Assembly (NCBI GenBank): GCA_964625635.1
Contig: CAZVEP010000002.1
Location: 79 to 64,078, forward strand
Direction: 5' to 3'
DNA from: an uncultured Rhodohalobacter sp.
GTDB taxonomy: Bacteria > Bacteroidota > Rhodothermia > Balneolales > Balneolaceae
DNA length: 64,000 bases
Of this stretch, positions 41,138 through 50,882 are shown one piece after another. The notes below the pieces were generated by a model that saw nothing but the letters and a program-made list of their open reading frames with translations, did not search any database and had not been told where the DNA came from. Both the position numbers and the translations under genes were made by a program. Within the stretch, counting starts at the first letter, position 1; every line of letters starts with the position of its first letter.

Positions 41138-41923
41138 TTACGGAGAAATAGACCCTTCAAGAAAGGTGACGGCAGATCCACCAATCTTCACCCGTTCACC
41201 TTCATCTATACAGGTTAAATTACCGCCTCGTTTAGAAATCTGTTGAGCATTAAGCTGTTTTTTATTTAATCGTTTGCCCCAAAATGGTGTAAGAACTGTA
41301 TGAGCTGACCCTGTAACAGGATCTTCGGCAACACCAACAGCAGGTGCAAAAAATCTTGACACAAAATCTACTGACTCCCTCTCAGATGGTGCAGTTACGA
41401 TTACTCCGCGGACATCCAGATTCTTTATCATTTGCAGATTCGGAGTCATTTCTCTCACAATTTTTTCGCTTTCTACCAGCACCATCAAATCCACATTATA
41501 TCCAGCATATAGTGGTATGGTGCCAATAGCTTCTGGTAAAAGTTTTGAAATAGATACAGGCTTTGGAGGCTGAGATGGAAAATCAAGCCAATACATTTTG
41601 CCTGATTTCTCTACTCTGAGGTCTCCGCTTTTTGAATTAAATAATACATTTGAACTTTGATTTTCTAAATGTGACAGTATCACATGGGCTGCGCCCAGTG
41701 TAGCATGGCCACATAGATCTACCTCCGTCTCAGGTGTAAACCAGCGAATTTCATACTGTGAGTCTTCTCGTTTTAAAATGAAGGCAGTTTCAGACAGATT
41801 ATTCTCCATTGCTATTTTTTGCATAAGATTATCACTCAACCAATTATCAACTATAACGATAGCAGCCGGATTTCCGGAAAAAAGTGAGTCAGTAAATGCA
41901 TCTACTTTAAATATCTTCATCAA
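41138..41923 (-). CDS. PhzF-family isomerase
   Basis: 261 aa. FTDSLFSGNPAAIV, NLSETAF, LCGHATLGAAH and DPVTGSAH. Confidence 0.85.
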   Translation of the reverse strand: MMKIFKVDAFTDSLFSGNPAAIVIVDNWLSDNLMQKIAMENNLSETAFILKREDSQYEIRWFTPETEVDLCGHATLGAAHVILSHLENQSSNVLFNSKSGDLRVEKSGKMYWLDFPSQPPKPVSISKLLPEAIGTIPLYAGYNVDLMVLVESEKIVREMTPNLQMIKNLDVRGVIVTAPSERESVDFVSRFFAPAVGVAEDPVTGSAHTVLTPFWGKRLNKKQLNAQQISKRGGNLTCIDEGERVKIGGSAVTFLEGSISP

Positions 41924-42072
41924 TAATAATTTGATTTATTTGAACAGGTACTCGTGAACGTCATCAGTTTGAAATTTGTGGTTAAACCTAATTTTATTCA
42001 ACCATAAGAGCTTTACAAAAACCGAACTACACTACGTTTCAAATTAAGCTGTAAGATACCGATCTTTATACA

Positions 42073-44472
42073 ATGAATACCAAAATGCAAATATATCCTC
42101 CGAACTTACCAGAGAAGATCGGCTTTACACTCATAATTGATGAAGCTGTAAAACACACCTACACTCCTTACGGCGAAGAACGCCTGAAAGAGCAACTTCC
42201 TGCAGGATCTGCTGACAGAGTAATTGAGCTGAATGAATTAACACAAAACTGGATGTCTGTTATAGAAAAACAAGGCACACATCCATTAAAGCAACTTAAA
42301 GACGTTCGGGACATCATTAGCGATGCAAGAGTTGAAGGCGCTATGCTTTCACTGGAAGCTTTCCCGGTTGTTTATGATAATGCCCGCCAGGCACGGCTGA
42401 TTAAAGATTTTTTTAATAATAATGAAATTGAAGCTGAAGCGCTTACGCCGCACGTTAAGCGTCTTATTTCTTTAAAACCCCTTGAAAATGAAATTTCGGG
42501 AGTTATAACAGATTCCGGTGCCCTCAGAGATGATGCCAGTCCTGAGCTTCAATCGATTAGGAAAAAAATGAATCGCCGAAAAGGTCAGTTGCGCAAGACT
42601 ATAAATCGGCTGATGAAAAAAGCCAGGGAAAAAGGCATGAGCTCGGACGAAGGCCCTACCATAAGAAACGGACGAATGGTGCTTCCAATTCAGGCTGAAT
42701 ACAAGCGTAAGGTTCAGGGATTTGTACATGATGTGTCTTCATCCGGACAGACCGTTTACGTTGAACCTGTAGACGCCCTTCAGATCAATAATGATATCCG
42801 GGAATTTGAAGCAGATGAAAAGCGCGAAATTGAGCGTATCCTTCGAGAGCTTACAAGCACAGTCAGAACATATTCTGATGCTTTACGCGAGAACATGAAT
42901 AATATCGGTTTTTTTGATGCTCTTAACAGTCGTGTGCAACTTGGGATAACTCTTGAAGGATCAGTTCCACAGCTTTCTGACAATCGTAGGCTATCGCTTC
43001 GGGATGCAAGAAACCCCAATTTAATTCTCAAAAACAGGCTGGAAAAAAACAGTGAAGAGGTCGTACCCCTTCAGCTCTCCCTTGATAAAGATGAGCGTGG
43101 GTTGATCATCACAGGGCCCAACGCCGGGGGGAAATCTGTTGCAATGAAAACCGTAGGGTTGATTTGCTACATGCATCAAATGGGCTACCCTGTCCCTGTT
43201 CAACCAGATTCTTCACTTCCTGTTCTCAGTGGTCTATTTATTGATGTAGGCGACGATCAATCTATCGAAAATGACCTCAGTACATTCTCATCTCGCCTGC
43301 AATGGATGCGGCAAACACTGGATCTTGTTGCTGATGGCGGACTCGTTCTCATTGATGAAGCCGGAACCGGTACGGATCCGGATGAAGGAGGTGCTCTTTT
43401 TCAGTCATTTATAGAAGAACTCATTGATTCCGGGGCGCGCGTAATTGGAACAACGCATCACGGCTCTCTGAAAGTTTTTGCCCATGAGCATCCGCGCATT
43501 GTGAATGGTGCAATGGAATTCAATCAGGAGACGCTCTCTCCAACTTATCGGTTCAGGAAAGGCGTTCCCGGAAGCAGCTATGCATTTGAGATAGCTGACC
43601 GCATGAACCTCCACTCAGAGGTGATGACACGTGCAAGAGATCTGCTAGGAAATCAGCGAAATAAAATGGGTGATCTGCTTCTTTCACTTGAGAAGCAGAT
43701 TCAGGAGATCAAATCTGAGCGAAGTTCACTTGATCAGCTTAAAAAAGAAGCTCTTGAACATACTGAGCGACTCGAAAAAAAGGAGAAAGAGTTTGATCGT
43801 GAGAAAAAGAAAAAACTAGACGAAGCATACAGAGAAGCGGATCGCATCATGCAAACTGCGAATAAGCGCATTGAGGCTGCTGTAGAAAAAATCATTACAG
43901 CGGGACAGGAAGATAAGGAGGCGATCAGAGAAGCCCGCAATGATATTTTGAATACAAAACAGGCAGTTAAACGGGGTAAAGCTGATCTTGACATACGGAT
44001 GGAGGAAAAATCGTCCGGTAAAGAACCGGAAGTTGGTGATTTTGTAACTGTCGGGGAAAGTGGTACATCGGGTGAAGTTGTTGATATATCTGGTAACCAG
44101 GCAACCATCCTGGTAAACGGTATGAAAATAAAATCTAAGCTCAAGAAAATCTCGGTCTCTTCACCACCAAAGAAAAAAAAGCAACAGAAGACCAGAAGCT
44201 ACGGTGGTTCTGAGCAGATCGATCTCTCAGTAAAGCCAAAACTCGATATTCGAGGTTATCGGGGAGATGACGCCGTAAAGGAACTGATGCACTATCTCGA
44301 CAAAGCCGTAAGCAGAGGACTCAGGCAGGTTGAAATAGTTCATGGTAAAGGAGAAGGCATTTTGAAAAAACTCGTTCACGAGCATCTTGATGAACGGGAA
44401 GAAATCAAAAGTTATAATCTAGCGCCATGGGAGCACGGAGGACCGGGCTGCACGCTGGTCGAACTGAAGTAA
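42073..44472 (+). CDS. mutS2: Endonuclease MutS2 (MutS ATPase plus Smr domain)
   Basis: 799 aa. Walker A GPNAGGKS, DEAGTGTDP, a Lys/Glu-rich coiled coil, and C-terminal Smr IVHGKGEGILKK. Confidence 0.93.
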   Translation: MNTKMQIYPPNLPEKIGFTLIIDEAVKHTYTPYGEERLKEQLPAGSADRVIELNELTQNWMSVIEKQGTHPLKQLKDVRDIISDARVEGAMLSLEAFPVVYDNARQARLIKDFFNNNEIEAEALTPHVKRLISLKPLENEISGVITDSGALRDDASPELQSIRKKMNRRKGQLRKTINRLMKKAREKGMSSDEGPTIRNGRMVLPIQAEYKRKVQGFVHDVSSSGQTVYVEPVDALQINNDIREFEADEKREIERILRELTSTVRTYSDALRENMNNIGFFDALNSRVQLGITLEGSVPQLSDNRRLSLRDARNPNLILKNRLEKNSEEVVPLQLSLDKDERGLIITGPNAGGKSVAMKTVGLICYMHQMGYPVPVQPDSSLPVLSGLFIDVGDDQSIENDLSTFSSRLQWMRQTLDLVADGGLVLIDEAGTGTDPDEGGALFQSFIEELIDSGARVIGTTHHGSLKVFAHEHPRIVNGAMEFNQETLSPTYRFRKGVPGSSYAFEIADRMNLHSEVMTRARDLLGNQRNKMGDLLLSLEKQIQEIKSERSSLDQLKKEALEHTERLEKKEKEFDREKKKKLDEAYREADRIMQTANKRIEAAVEKIITAGQEDKEAIREARNDILNTKQAVKRGKADLDIRMEEKSSGKEPEVGDFVTVGESGTSGEVVDISGNQATILVNGMKIKSKLKKISVSSPPKKKKQQKTRSYGGSEQIDLSVKPKLDIRGYRGDDAVKELMHYLDKAVSRGLRQVEIVHGKGEGILKKLVHEHLDEREEIKSYNLAPWEHGGPGCTLVELK

Positions 44473-44484
44473 GAGCTACAGTTT

Positions 44485-45240
44485 TTAAGTTTTTTGCAAG
44501 TACTCTTTTAGCACCAGCTTTTCTATCGAATACCAAGATCCCTCTGCCTCATAATGCGGCTCAATACCTTTGCTTATCAGATGCTGTGTTACACCCGCAC
44601 TCCCTGAGATAACAGTCAGTTTCTTTACGTTGAGATCAGGAAAAGCGGCAAATGCTCGTGTGACAGCAGAACGGTTGTGAAACAGAACAGCTGACACATC
44701 CGATTCTGATAATGTCTCCCTTGAGCTTTCTACTTCTTCAGGCGTGAGCCCTATTTCTTTACACACAGAAAATTCAGCAATATCCATCTCAAGTTCCTGA
44801 AGAAGTCCCGGCATCTCCTCAGTTTTATTTGAACATGAGGGATAAAGTGTTTTTCCCTCGCGAGAAATTCTAAGCATAAACTCAAGGATATCAATTGGTT
44901 TTGCATGCTCTCGCGGCTGAATAACAGGAATTCCTTTCGACTCAAGAAATTCTGATGTCGGTTTATCAAGACAGAAATGAACGAGATTCTGGAAATCAGC
45001 CAATAATTTGTTTTGGTTCATCCATTTTTCAAAATAGATGGCATTTCTAAGAGTACCGTAAATTACAAATTCAAAATTATCGACGTTTTTCTTAAGTAAG
45101 GCTGAAGCAACCTTCTCGGTATTATCCTCATATGATTCCAGTGGAAGATGCAGAAACTTCTCTTTTTCTTCTTCCAATATATACATCATATCTCCACATG
45201 CTATCGGGGAAGCTGTGAACAACAGTTTGCCTTTACTCAT
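44485..45240 (-). CDS. hemD: Uroporphyrinogen-III synthase-like protein
   Basis: 251 aa. Two-lobed HemD-like pattern (VIYGTLRNAIYFEKW .. VLFHNRSAVTRAFAAFPDL). The family is poorly conserved, so this assignment is tentative. Confidence 0.5.
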   Translation of the reverse strand: MSKGKLLFTASPIACGDMMYILEEEKEKFLHLPLESYEDNTEKVASALLKKNVDNFEFVIYGTLRNAIYFEKWMNQNKLLADFQNLVHFCLDKPTSEFLESKGIPVIQPREHAKPIDILEFMLRISREGKTLYPSCSNKTEEMPGLLQELEMDIAEFSVCKEIGLTPEEVESSRETLSESDVSAVLFHNRSAVTRAFAAFPDLNVKKLTVISGSAGVTQHLISKGIEPHYEAEGSWYSIEKLVLKEYLQKT

Positions 45241-45313
45241 TTACAAAATTTTAAATTTCAAATAAATCAATTCGTATTCAAAGTCATGGTCATAGTCATG
45301 GTTATGTTATTGC

Positions 45314-46456
45314 TCAGAATGTATAGCCAACACCTGCATATATTCTATAACTTTCATTCGATATACCAATTTCACCTCTCAATATGAGGTCGGGATTGAA
45401 AAGCGACATGGCTCCGCCCATTCCCCATGTTTGTTTCCAGTTTTTTAAAAATTCAGATGAATCTGAGTCAGAAAAAACCCGACCGGTATCGAAAAACAGG
45501 TGGCCACCAAGCTTAATCTGATCATCTAAAAAGCTGAATACCCAGGTTCTCATTTCAGCCATATAAATAACAGAACTGTTTCCTAAAAACCGATTCAGTG
45601 CATAGCCACGCAACCCTTCCTCGTTACCCAATGCAGGAAGTTCAAAAAATGGTACTGACCCAATTGTATGTTCCGCAGCAAACCGCTGTGCAAATACCGT
45701 ATTTTTCAGGATGGGTGCATAAGTAGTGAATTCAGCAAAATAATAAGAGAAACCAAAGTCGTTGCCAGCAAACACGGGAGAAAAATCAGCTCCTGCCTCA
45801 GCTCTTATACCCGACCTTGGATCAAACTCACTATTCCTGATATCATATATCAGCCCTGCACCAATTGTATTCACCCAGCCCCCAGAAGCACCCGTTGGTG
45901 GAGATTGTACAAATTGAGTGTCAGCCCCCTGATCCTCATTATCTGTGTAAGAAACTTTAAAGCGAAGGACGCCTTCTAATTTTTTTTGATCACTTATGGT
46001 TCGCAATGGCTTGCGTATTTCAAACCGGGTTACGATTCTTCGCTTTAACAGATAATAAAGTCCTTCACTAAAATCAGAGTCCGAAAAATCAGTCTCATTG
46101 CCAATGCCAAAATAGTTACTGATTGGATTTCTGAACGCTTTAAATTCGCTTCTGGTACGAAGTGGTCTGCCAAACGCCCGGGTTTTCTCATACTCTAAAG
46201 AGGCCACCCACTGACCTTTTGTTGATCCTGTTATATCAACAAGTGTATTGGTCAAAAATGGCCGGAATCCATCAGCATAATCGATCCTTTGAAACAGACC
46301 GCCACCAAAAAACCCAATGTCGGAAGAGTATCCGAAAACGGGATAAAATGAATAGTTAAGGCCTTTTGACTGATTATTTGCCGGAGCCTGTCCATAGCTA
46401 CGCAGCGGCGTTAGCAAGCAAATGATAATAGCAGCTAAATAAATAAACCGGCTCAT
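45314..46456 (-). CDS. Omp85-superfamily outer-membrane beta-barrel without recognisable POTRA domains
   Basis: 380 aa. Signal peptide IIICLLTPLRSYGQ, surface-antigen motif LGNEEGLRGYALNRFLG, and a C-terminal aromatic GVGYTF. Confidence 0.65.
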   Translation of the reverse strand: MSRFIYLAAIIICLLTPLRSYGQAPANNQSKGLNYSFYPVFGYSSDIGFFGGGLFQRIDYADGFRPFLTNTLVDITGSTKGQWVASLEYEKTRAFGRPLRTRSEFKAFRNPISNYFGIGNETDFSDSDFSEGLYYLLKRRIVTRFEIRKPLRTISDQKKLEGVLRFKVSYTDNEDQGADTQFVQSPPTGASGGWVNTIGAGLIYDIRNSEFDPRSGIRAEAGADFSPVFAGNDFGFSYYFAEFTTYAPILKNTVFAQRFAAEHTIGSVPFFELPALGNEEGLRGYALNRFLGNSSVIYMAEMRTWVFSFLDDQIKLGGHLFFDTGRVFSDSDSSEFLKNWKQTWGMGGAMSLFNPDLILRGEIGISNESYRIYAGVGYTF

Positions 46457-46819
46457 CTATAGCAATCCTTCTGATTCTAAGATTTCTACTGTTTGTATAG
46501 CGTGCCTCAAGTGAGGAATGACAATGCTGCCTCCCACAATCAAAGCCACATTAAGTGATTCAATAATCTCTTCTTTAGATGAGCCGGTTTTGGCACACTG
46601 TTCTAAATGGTAGTCAATACAATCATTACAGCGCAACACAGTTGATGCCACAAGTCCCAGCAGCTCTTTTGTTTGAGTTGGCAGGGCACCATCTTTATAG
46701 GTGTTGGAGTCAAGGTTAAAAAATCGTTTTATTCCGAGGTGATTCAGATCGAGGATTTTTTCATTCATCGCCTCTCTCTGCTCTCGAAATTTCTGTAAAT
46801 CATTTTCCGGTTCTGACAT
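46457..46819 (-). CDS. Carboxymuconolactone decarboxylase / AhpD-like family protein
   Basis: 120 aa. CxxC-type motif LRCNDCIDYHL. Confidence 0.8.
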   Translation of the reverse strand: MSEPENDLQKFREQREAMNEKILDLNHLGIKRFFNLDSNTYKDGALPTQTKELLGLVASTVLRCNDCIDYHLEQCAKTGSSKEEIIESLNVALIVGGSIVIPHLRHAIQTVEILESEGLL

Positions 46820-46889
46820 CTGATTTATTATTAAATTGACAGTACATTGATTATTGTCACGTTGGAGTTAAAGATAATGAAATCATCTC

Positions 46890-48389
46890 GTGTTTAGCAG
46901 ACGGACTTTTTATAAACATCGCCTCGTTTCTTTAGGAGACAGCATGGCTCAGGGATTCAAGAATGGCGGTATTTACCGTACAGATCTAAGTTTTCCGGCT
47001 ATTCTTGCAAAATCTCTTGGAAAAGAGACTTCATTTGAAACACCACTTTTTACAGCCCAGGCCGGGATTCCTATAAATATAGAAGTACTTGTGCGCGGCA
47101 TGGCCGATGAGTTCGGGGATGAGATAACCTGGAATGAATACCTTAAGGCAGGTACCCATCTTTATAAAACGCTTCGGCGTATCAAAGAGTACTGGGAAGG
47201 TAATAAAAAATCACTAGCCGTAATTCGGGATAAACCGTATCACAATCAGGGAATCTGGGGCACTGCAATAAGTGATTCATGGCTGATGAATAGCAACTAC
47301 TGTGAAGATCAGATAGAAAATAATCGACCCCGTTATACGGTATTCAACGTGCTGCCTGATGAGGCTCTCTTTATAACTGCACGGCTGGTACTTAACCCTT
47401 CTCAAACGGAGACACTCAGCCGGCATTCGATGATTGATAACGTTCAGCTGCTTCAGGATGACGGGGGGATCGAAAATTTAATCTGTTGCCTGGGCCATAA
47501 TAATATTGTAGGTGCAGTCACAAACCTTAATCTCATCTACTCTGAAGAACACGATTTGAATGCTCCGCATCATAAACGCACGTGTACTGTATTCCGACCT
47601 GAACATTTTGAGGATGAAACCCGGATACTGTACCAAAAATTGTCAAAAATAGGGGCAAAACGTGTCTTTGTTCCTACTTTGCCGTATATGACGATACCAC
47701 CAGCCATTCGTGGTGTAAACAGTGATAAATCAAAGCCAAGAAGCGGTTATTTTGATTACTACTCCAGATTCTGGATTTGGGACGAAGATTTTAATCCCGA
47801 AAAACACGCACATCTGACAAAACAGGATGCAATAACACTCGATCAGCATATTGATCAATACAACAAAATCATTTACGAACTAAGTGAAGAATTTGGTTTT
47901 CATGTGGTTCCGGTGGGTCAATACGTTTCTGCAGCTGCCAGAAGACGATTGGGGGCAAATAAAGTCAGGCCATTTCCCGATTCTTTCATAAAAGCACTGA
48001 AGCAGAATGCTGATACATCTTACTTGGTAGATGATGGTAATAAACCAAGAATATCCACCGACTATATCCGCCTGAAAGACGATAGCAGAAAACTAGACCG
48101 TGGTGGTATATTCAGTCTCGACGGCCTGCATCCTTCGACCATTGGGTATGGCTTGATTGCAAATATTTATAAAGAATCTATGGAAAGAAAGGGAGTTGAA
48201 TTCAGCAGTGATATTGACTGGAAGTTTGTCATCGAAAATGAAACTCTTGTTACTCATCCACCTCTGTTGCTAAATGATTTGCGTCTGCTCCTCAGGTTTC
48301 TTGCGCTTGGTCGCGGTGAGCGCCTTACAAAAATTAGTCAGAATGTTCTGCAGAATGTGCTTGAACTCTTCTCTTCACGCAGTTACTGA
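46890..48389 (+). CDS. Large SGNH/GDSL-like hydrolase
   Basis: 499 aa. Block I LVSLGDSMAQGF near the N-terminus and block V DGLHPS near the C-terminus, with long insertions between them. GTG start. Confidence 0.5.
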   Translation: MFSRRTFYKHRLVSLGDSMAQGFKNGGIYRTDLSFPAILAKSLGKETSFETPLFTAQAGIPINIEVLVRGMADEFGDEITWNEYLKAGTHLYKTLRRIKEYWEGNKKSLAVIRDKPYHNQGIWGTAISDSWLMNSNYCEDQIENNRPRYTVFNVLPDEALFITARLVLNPSQTETLSRHSMIDNVQLLQDDGGIENLICCLGHNNIVGAVTNLNLIYSEEHDLNAPHHKRTCTVFRPEHFEDETRILYQKLSKIGAKRVFVPTLPYMTIPPAIRGVNSDKSKPRSGYFDYYSRFWIWDEDFNPEKHAHLTKQDAITLDQHIDQYNKIIYELSEEFGFHVVPVGQYVSAAARRRLGANKVRPFPDSFIKALKQNADTSYLVDDGNKPRISTDYIRLKDDSRKLDRGGIFSLDGLHPSTIGYGLIANIYKESMERKGVEFSSDIDWKFVIENETLVTHPPLLLNDLRLLLRFLALGRGERLTKISQNVLQNVLELFSSRSY

Positions 48390-49733
48390 TCAGTACGTCG
48401 CGAGAGTTTCACCAAGGTTTAACCCGTTTTTGATACAGTCAGGTACCGATATGCCGTGCCGAAAATTGCCAGCAAGATGAAGCCCGGGATTATCTTTTTC
48501 AAGCTCATCAAAAACAGAATAGATTTCACCGTAACCGGTTTCGTATTGAGGAATCGACTTCGGCCAGTAGATGTGATCTTTAAACACAGGTGACCCGCGT
48601 AATCCAATGAGACTTTTGAGATCATCTTCAACAAGTTTCAATAGTTCTTCACTCTCCATTCGGGCAGTCTCAGGTTGCCGTGCCCCGCCTGTAAATACGG
48701 TTAGCAGATGGTGCCCCTTGGGTGCCCTGTTTTTGAATAGCGTTGAAGTAAATAACGCGCCCAATACCGATCGGTTTTCCACCTCTGGAACCAAAAATCC
48801 AAATCCATCTAACGGATGTTTAACATCCGCTTTCTTATATCCCAAAATCATCATTGATAGCGGCGGATGAGTTACGTTTTGAAGTTTCTTAGCCGATGCT
48901 TTTGTTAAAGGAAGTTTTTCTTCATCCCATTTATGTAGAGGTATGGTCACAACCAAATCGCTATAAGGACCATATTCACCATTATTGGTATAGATATGCC
49001 ATCCATCTTCACGTTTTTCAGAGCGTTCGAGAGTATGGTCAAAATGGATATTGCTAATTTGTGACATTAGCTTTTCAGGCAGCTCCTGAAGTCCCGATTC
49101 AAAGGATATAAGTCGTCTTTTTATCTTCTTTGTCCCCGTTCGCTTGAATACTTTTCGAAGTCCGCCAAGAATAACTGACCCAGACGACTGTTCTAGCTCA
49201 TGAAGAGCCGGAAATGCATGTTTGACAGACAAATTTTCAGGTTTCCCTGCGTGAATGCCCGCAATAAATGGATTAACAGCATAATCTAGAATTTCTTTGC
49301 CGAATCGATTTTCAAAAAAATCAGCAATTGATACTTCGGAATCGGATTTTCCAACAAATGGCTCTCCCATCAACCGAGCTTTAGCTTTTCCTGAAAAAAG
49401 CGGGGTTTTCAGGAAATCCTTGAATGATTGAGGTAGTGCCTGAAGATCTCCATCCCTGACAATAAATCTTTTCGACGCTTCACTGTTGGCGGTTTCCAAA
49501 CGGGATGATAAACCAACTGATTCGATGAGCTCTTCAATTTCAGGGTCTTTCAGCAGTAATGTATTAGGACCGAGTTCATATCTCCACTCTCCATTTGATT
49601 CTGTTTGTATCACACCTCCACCCTTCTTCTTGCTCTCGAAGAGATCAATTTCTACACCTAGCTTTTTTGCCTGCCATGCAACGGATAGTCCTGTAATCCC
49701 CGCACCAATTATCGCAATTTTTTTTGTAGCCAT
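48390..49733 (-). CDS. hemY: Protoporphyrinogen oxidase (HemY type)
   Basis: 447 aa. FAD motif KIAIIGAGITGLS and a C-terminal LHLAGNFRHGISVPDCI. Confidence 0.85.
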   Translation of the reverse strand: MATKKIAIIGAGITGLSVAWQAKKLGVEIDLFESKKKGGGVIQTESNGEWRYELGPNTLLLKDPEIEELIESVGLSSRLETANSEASKRFIVRDGDLQALPQSFKDFLKTPLFSGKAKARLMGEPFVGKSDSEVSIADFFENRFGKEILDYAVNPFIAGIHAGKPENLSVKHAFPALHELEQSSGSVILGGLRKVFKRTGTKKIKRRLISFESGLQELPEKLMSQISNIHFDHTLERSEKREDGWHIYTNNGEYGPYSDLVVTIPLHKWDEEKLPLTKASAKKLQNVTHPPLSMMILGYKKADVKHPLDGFGFLVPEVENRSVLGALFTSTLFKNRAPKGHHLLTVFTGGARQPETARMESEELLKLVEDDLKSLIGLRGSPVFKDHIYWPKSIPQYETGYGEIYSVFDELEKDNPGLHLAGNFRHGISVPDCIKNGLNLGETLATY

Positions 49734-50012
49734 ATCAATAAAAAATTCCTTCCAACAACAAGTTCTATAAAGACAGTTAACTTATGTAATCTCAAAGAAG
49801 ATCATATGAAGCTATTCTTGGCCAATTTTTCGCTCCCTAAGATATTATCCTATTTACCTATAGATACAATGCAAGCGCATAGATTGATTCAACCCGGTTC
49901 TTACAATTGATCAGATGCTCTTCAAAACCTCAAGGTTCAATTTCAATTTCAACCTATAATTTTCAATTGCCTCGTAATGTTTATACATTTTGGCCCATCA
50001 AAAATGTAGCAT

Positions 50013-50846
50013 ATGACTATTTCAATTTTAGGGTGTGGCTGGTTAGGATTTCCCCTGGGACAATCCCTGCTACGCCATGGTTATGACGTAAAAGGTTCAA
50101 CGACTACTAAATCGAAATTTGAAATCATCAGGAAGAATGGTATTGAGCCTTATTTATTATCAGTACCTGAAACTTTAAACGATCCTTCAAATGATGCTTT
50201 TTGGGACAGTGACAGCCTATTTTTAAATATTCCACCTCAGCGGGGGAAGAGTGATATTGAAGTCACATATCCCGAAAAAATAAAATCAGTCTGTGATCGG
50301 ATATTGAAAACCGATTCAGAGAATCGCATTAATCAAGTTATTTTTGCCAGTTCAACATCAGTGTATCCATCTGAAGAAGGAATATATTGCGAAGAAGATG
50401 CGGATCTGTCAAAAACTGCGCGCCCATCAGGAAAAGCCATACTTAAAGCCGAGAAACTCTTGCAGAGCTATTCAGGCTACGATGTTGTCATACTTAGGTT
50501 TGGCGGGCTCTATGGCTACGACAGGCACCCTGTACGCTATCTCGCTGGAAAGGAAGACCTTTCATCTCCCTATAAACCAGTAAACCTGATTCACCAGGAT
50601 GATTGCATTCAGATTGTTAGAAAATTTATTGAATCAGATTCTGTTTCAGGAGTCTTTAACGCTGTATCAGATGGGCATCCACCCAGAGAAACCTTCTATC
50701 AATCAGCCGCAGATCATTTTAGTGTGGAACTACCAACATTTGATTCATCGACCGAATCGATAAATAGGGTTATCAGCAATGAAAAACTGAAGAAAGAAAT
50801 GAACTATAAATTTATTTATCCCAACCCTTTGGATCACACAGCCTAG
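50013..50846 (+). CDS. NAD(P)-binding Rossmann-fold (atypical SDR / epimerase-like) protein
   Basis: 277 aa. ILGCGWLGFPLG dinucleotide motif. Confidence 0.65.
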   Translation: MTISILGCGWLGFPLGQSLLRHGYDVKGSTTTKSKFEIIRKNGIEPYLLSVPETLNDPSNDAFWDSDSLFLNIPPQRGKSDIEVTYPEKIKSVCDRILKTDSENRINQVIFASSTSVYPSEEGIYCEEDADLSKTARPSGKAILKAEKLLQSYSGYDVVILRFGGLYGYDRHPVRYLAGKEDLSSPYKPVNLIHQDDCIQIVRKFIESDSVSGVFNAVSDGHPPRETFYQSAADHFSVELPTFDSSTESINRVISNEKLKKEMNYKFIYPNPLDHTA

Positions 50847-50882
50847 ATAGTGTCATGGAATGATTAAACCTTGATATCAAAT

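Noticed and set aside
43734-44144. 136-aa Ser/Phe-rich ORF antisense within mutS2
   Set aside because: It mirrors the Lys/Glu-rich coiled-coil segment of MutS2, where AAG/GAA codons read as CTT/TTC on the opposite strand. There is no independent support for it.
49936-49967. Hexamer repeats TTCAAT TTCAAT TTCAAC plus another TTCAAT in the hemY / SDR divergent promoter region
   Set aside because: They are very short and AT-rich and are easily produced by chance or slippage. With no dyad symmetry there is not enough evidence to call an operator.
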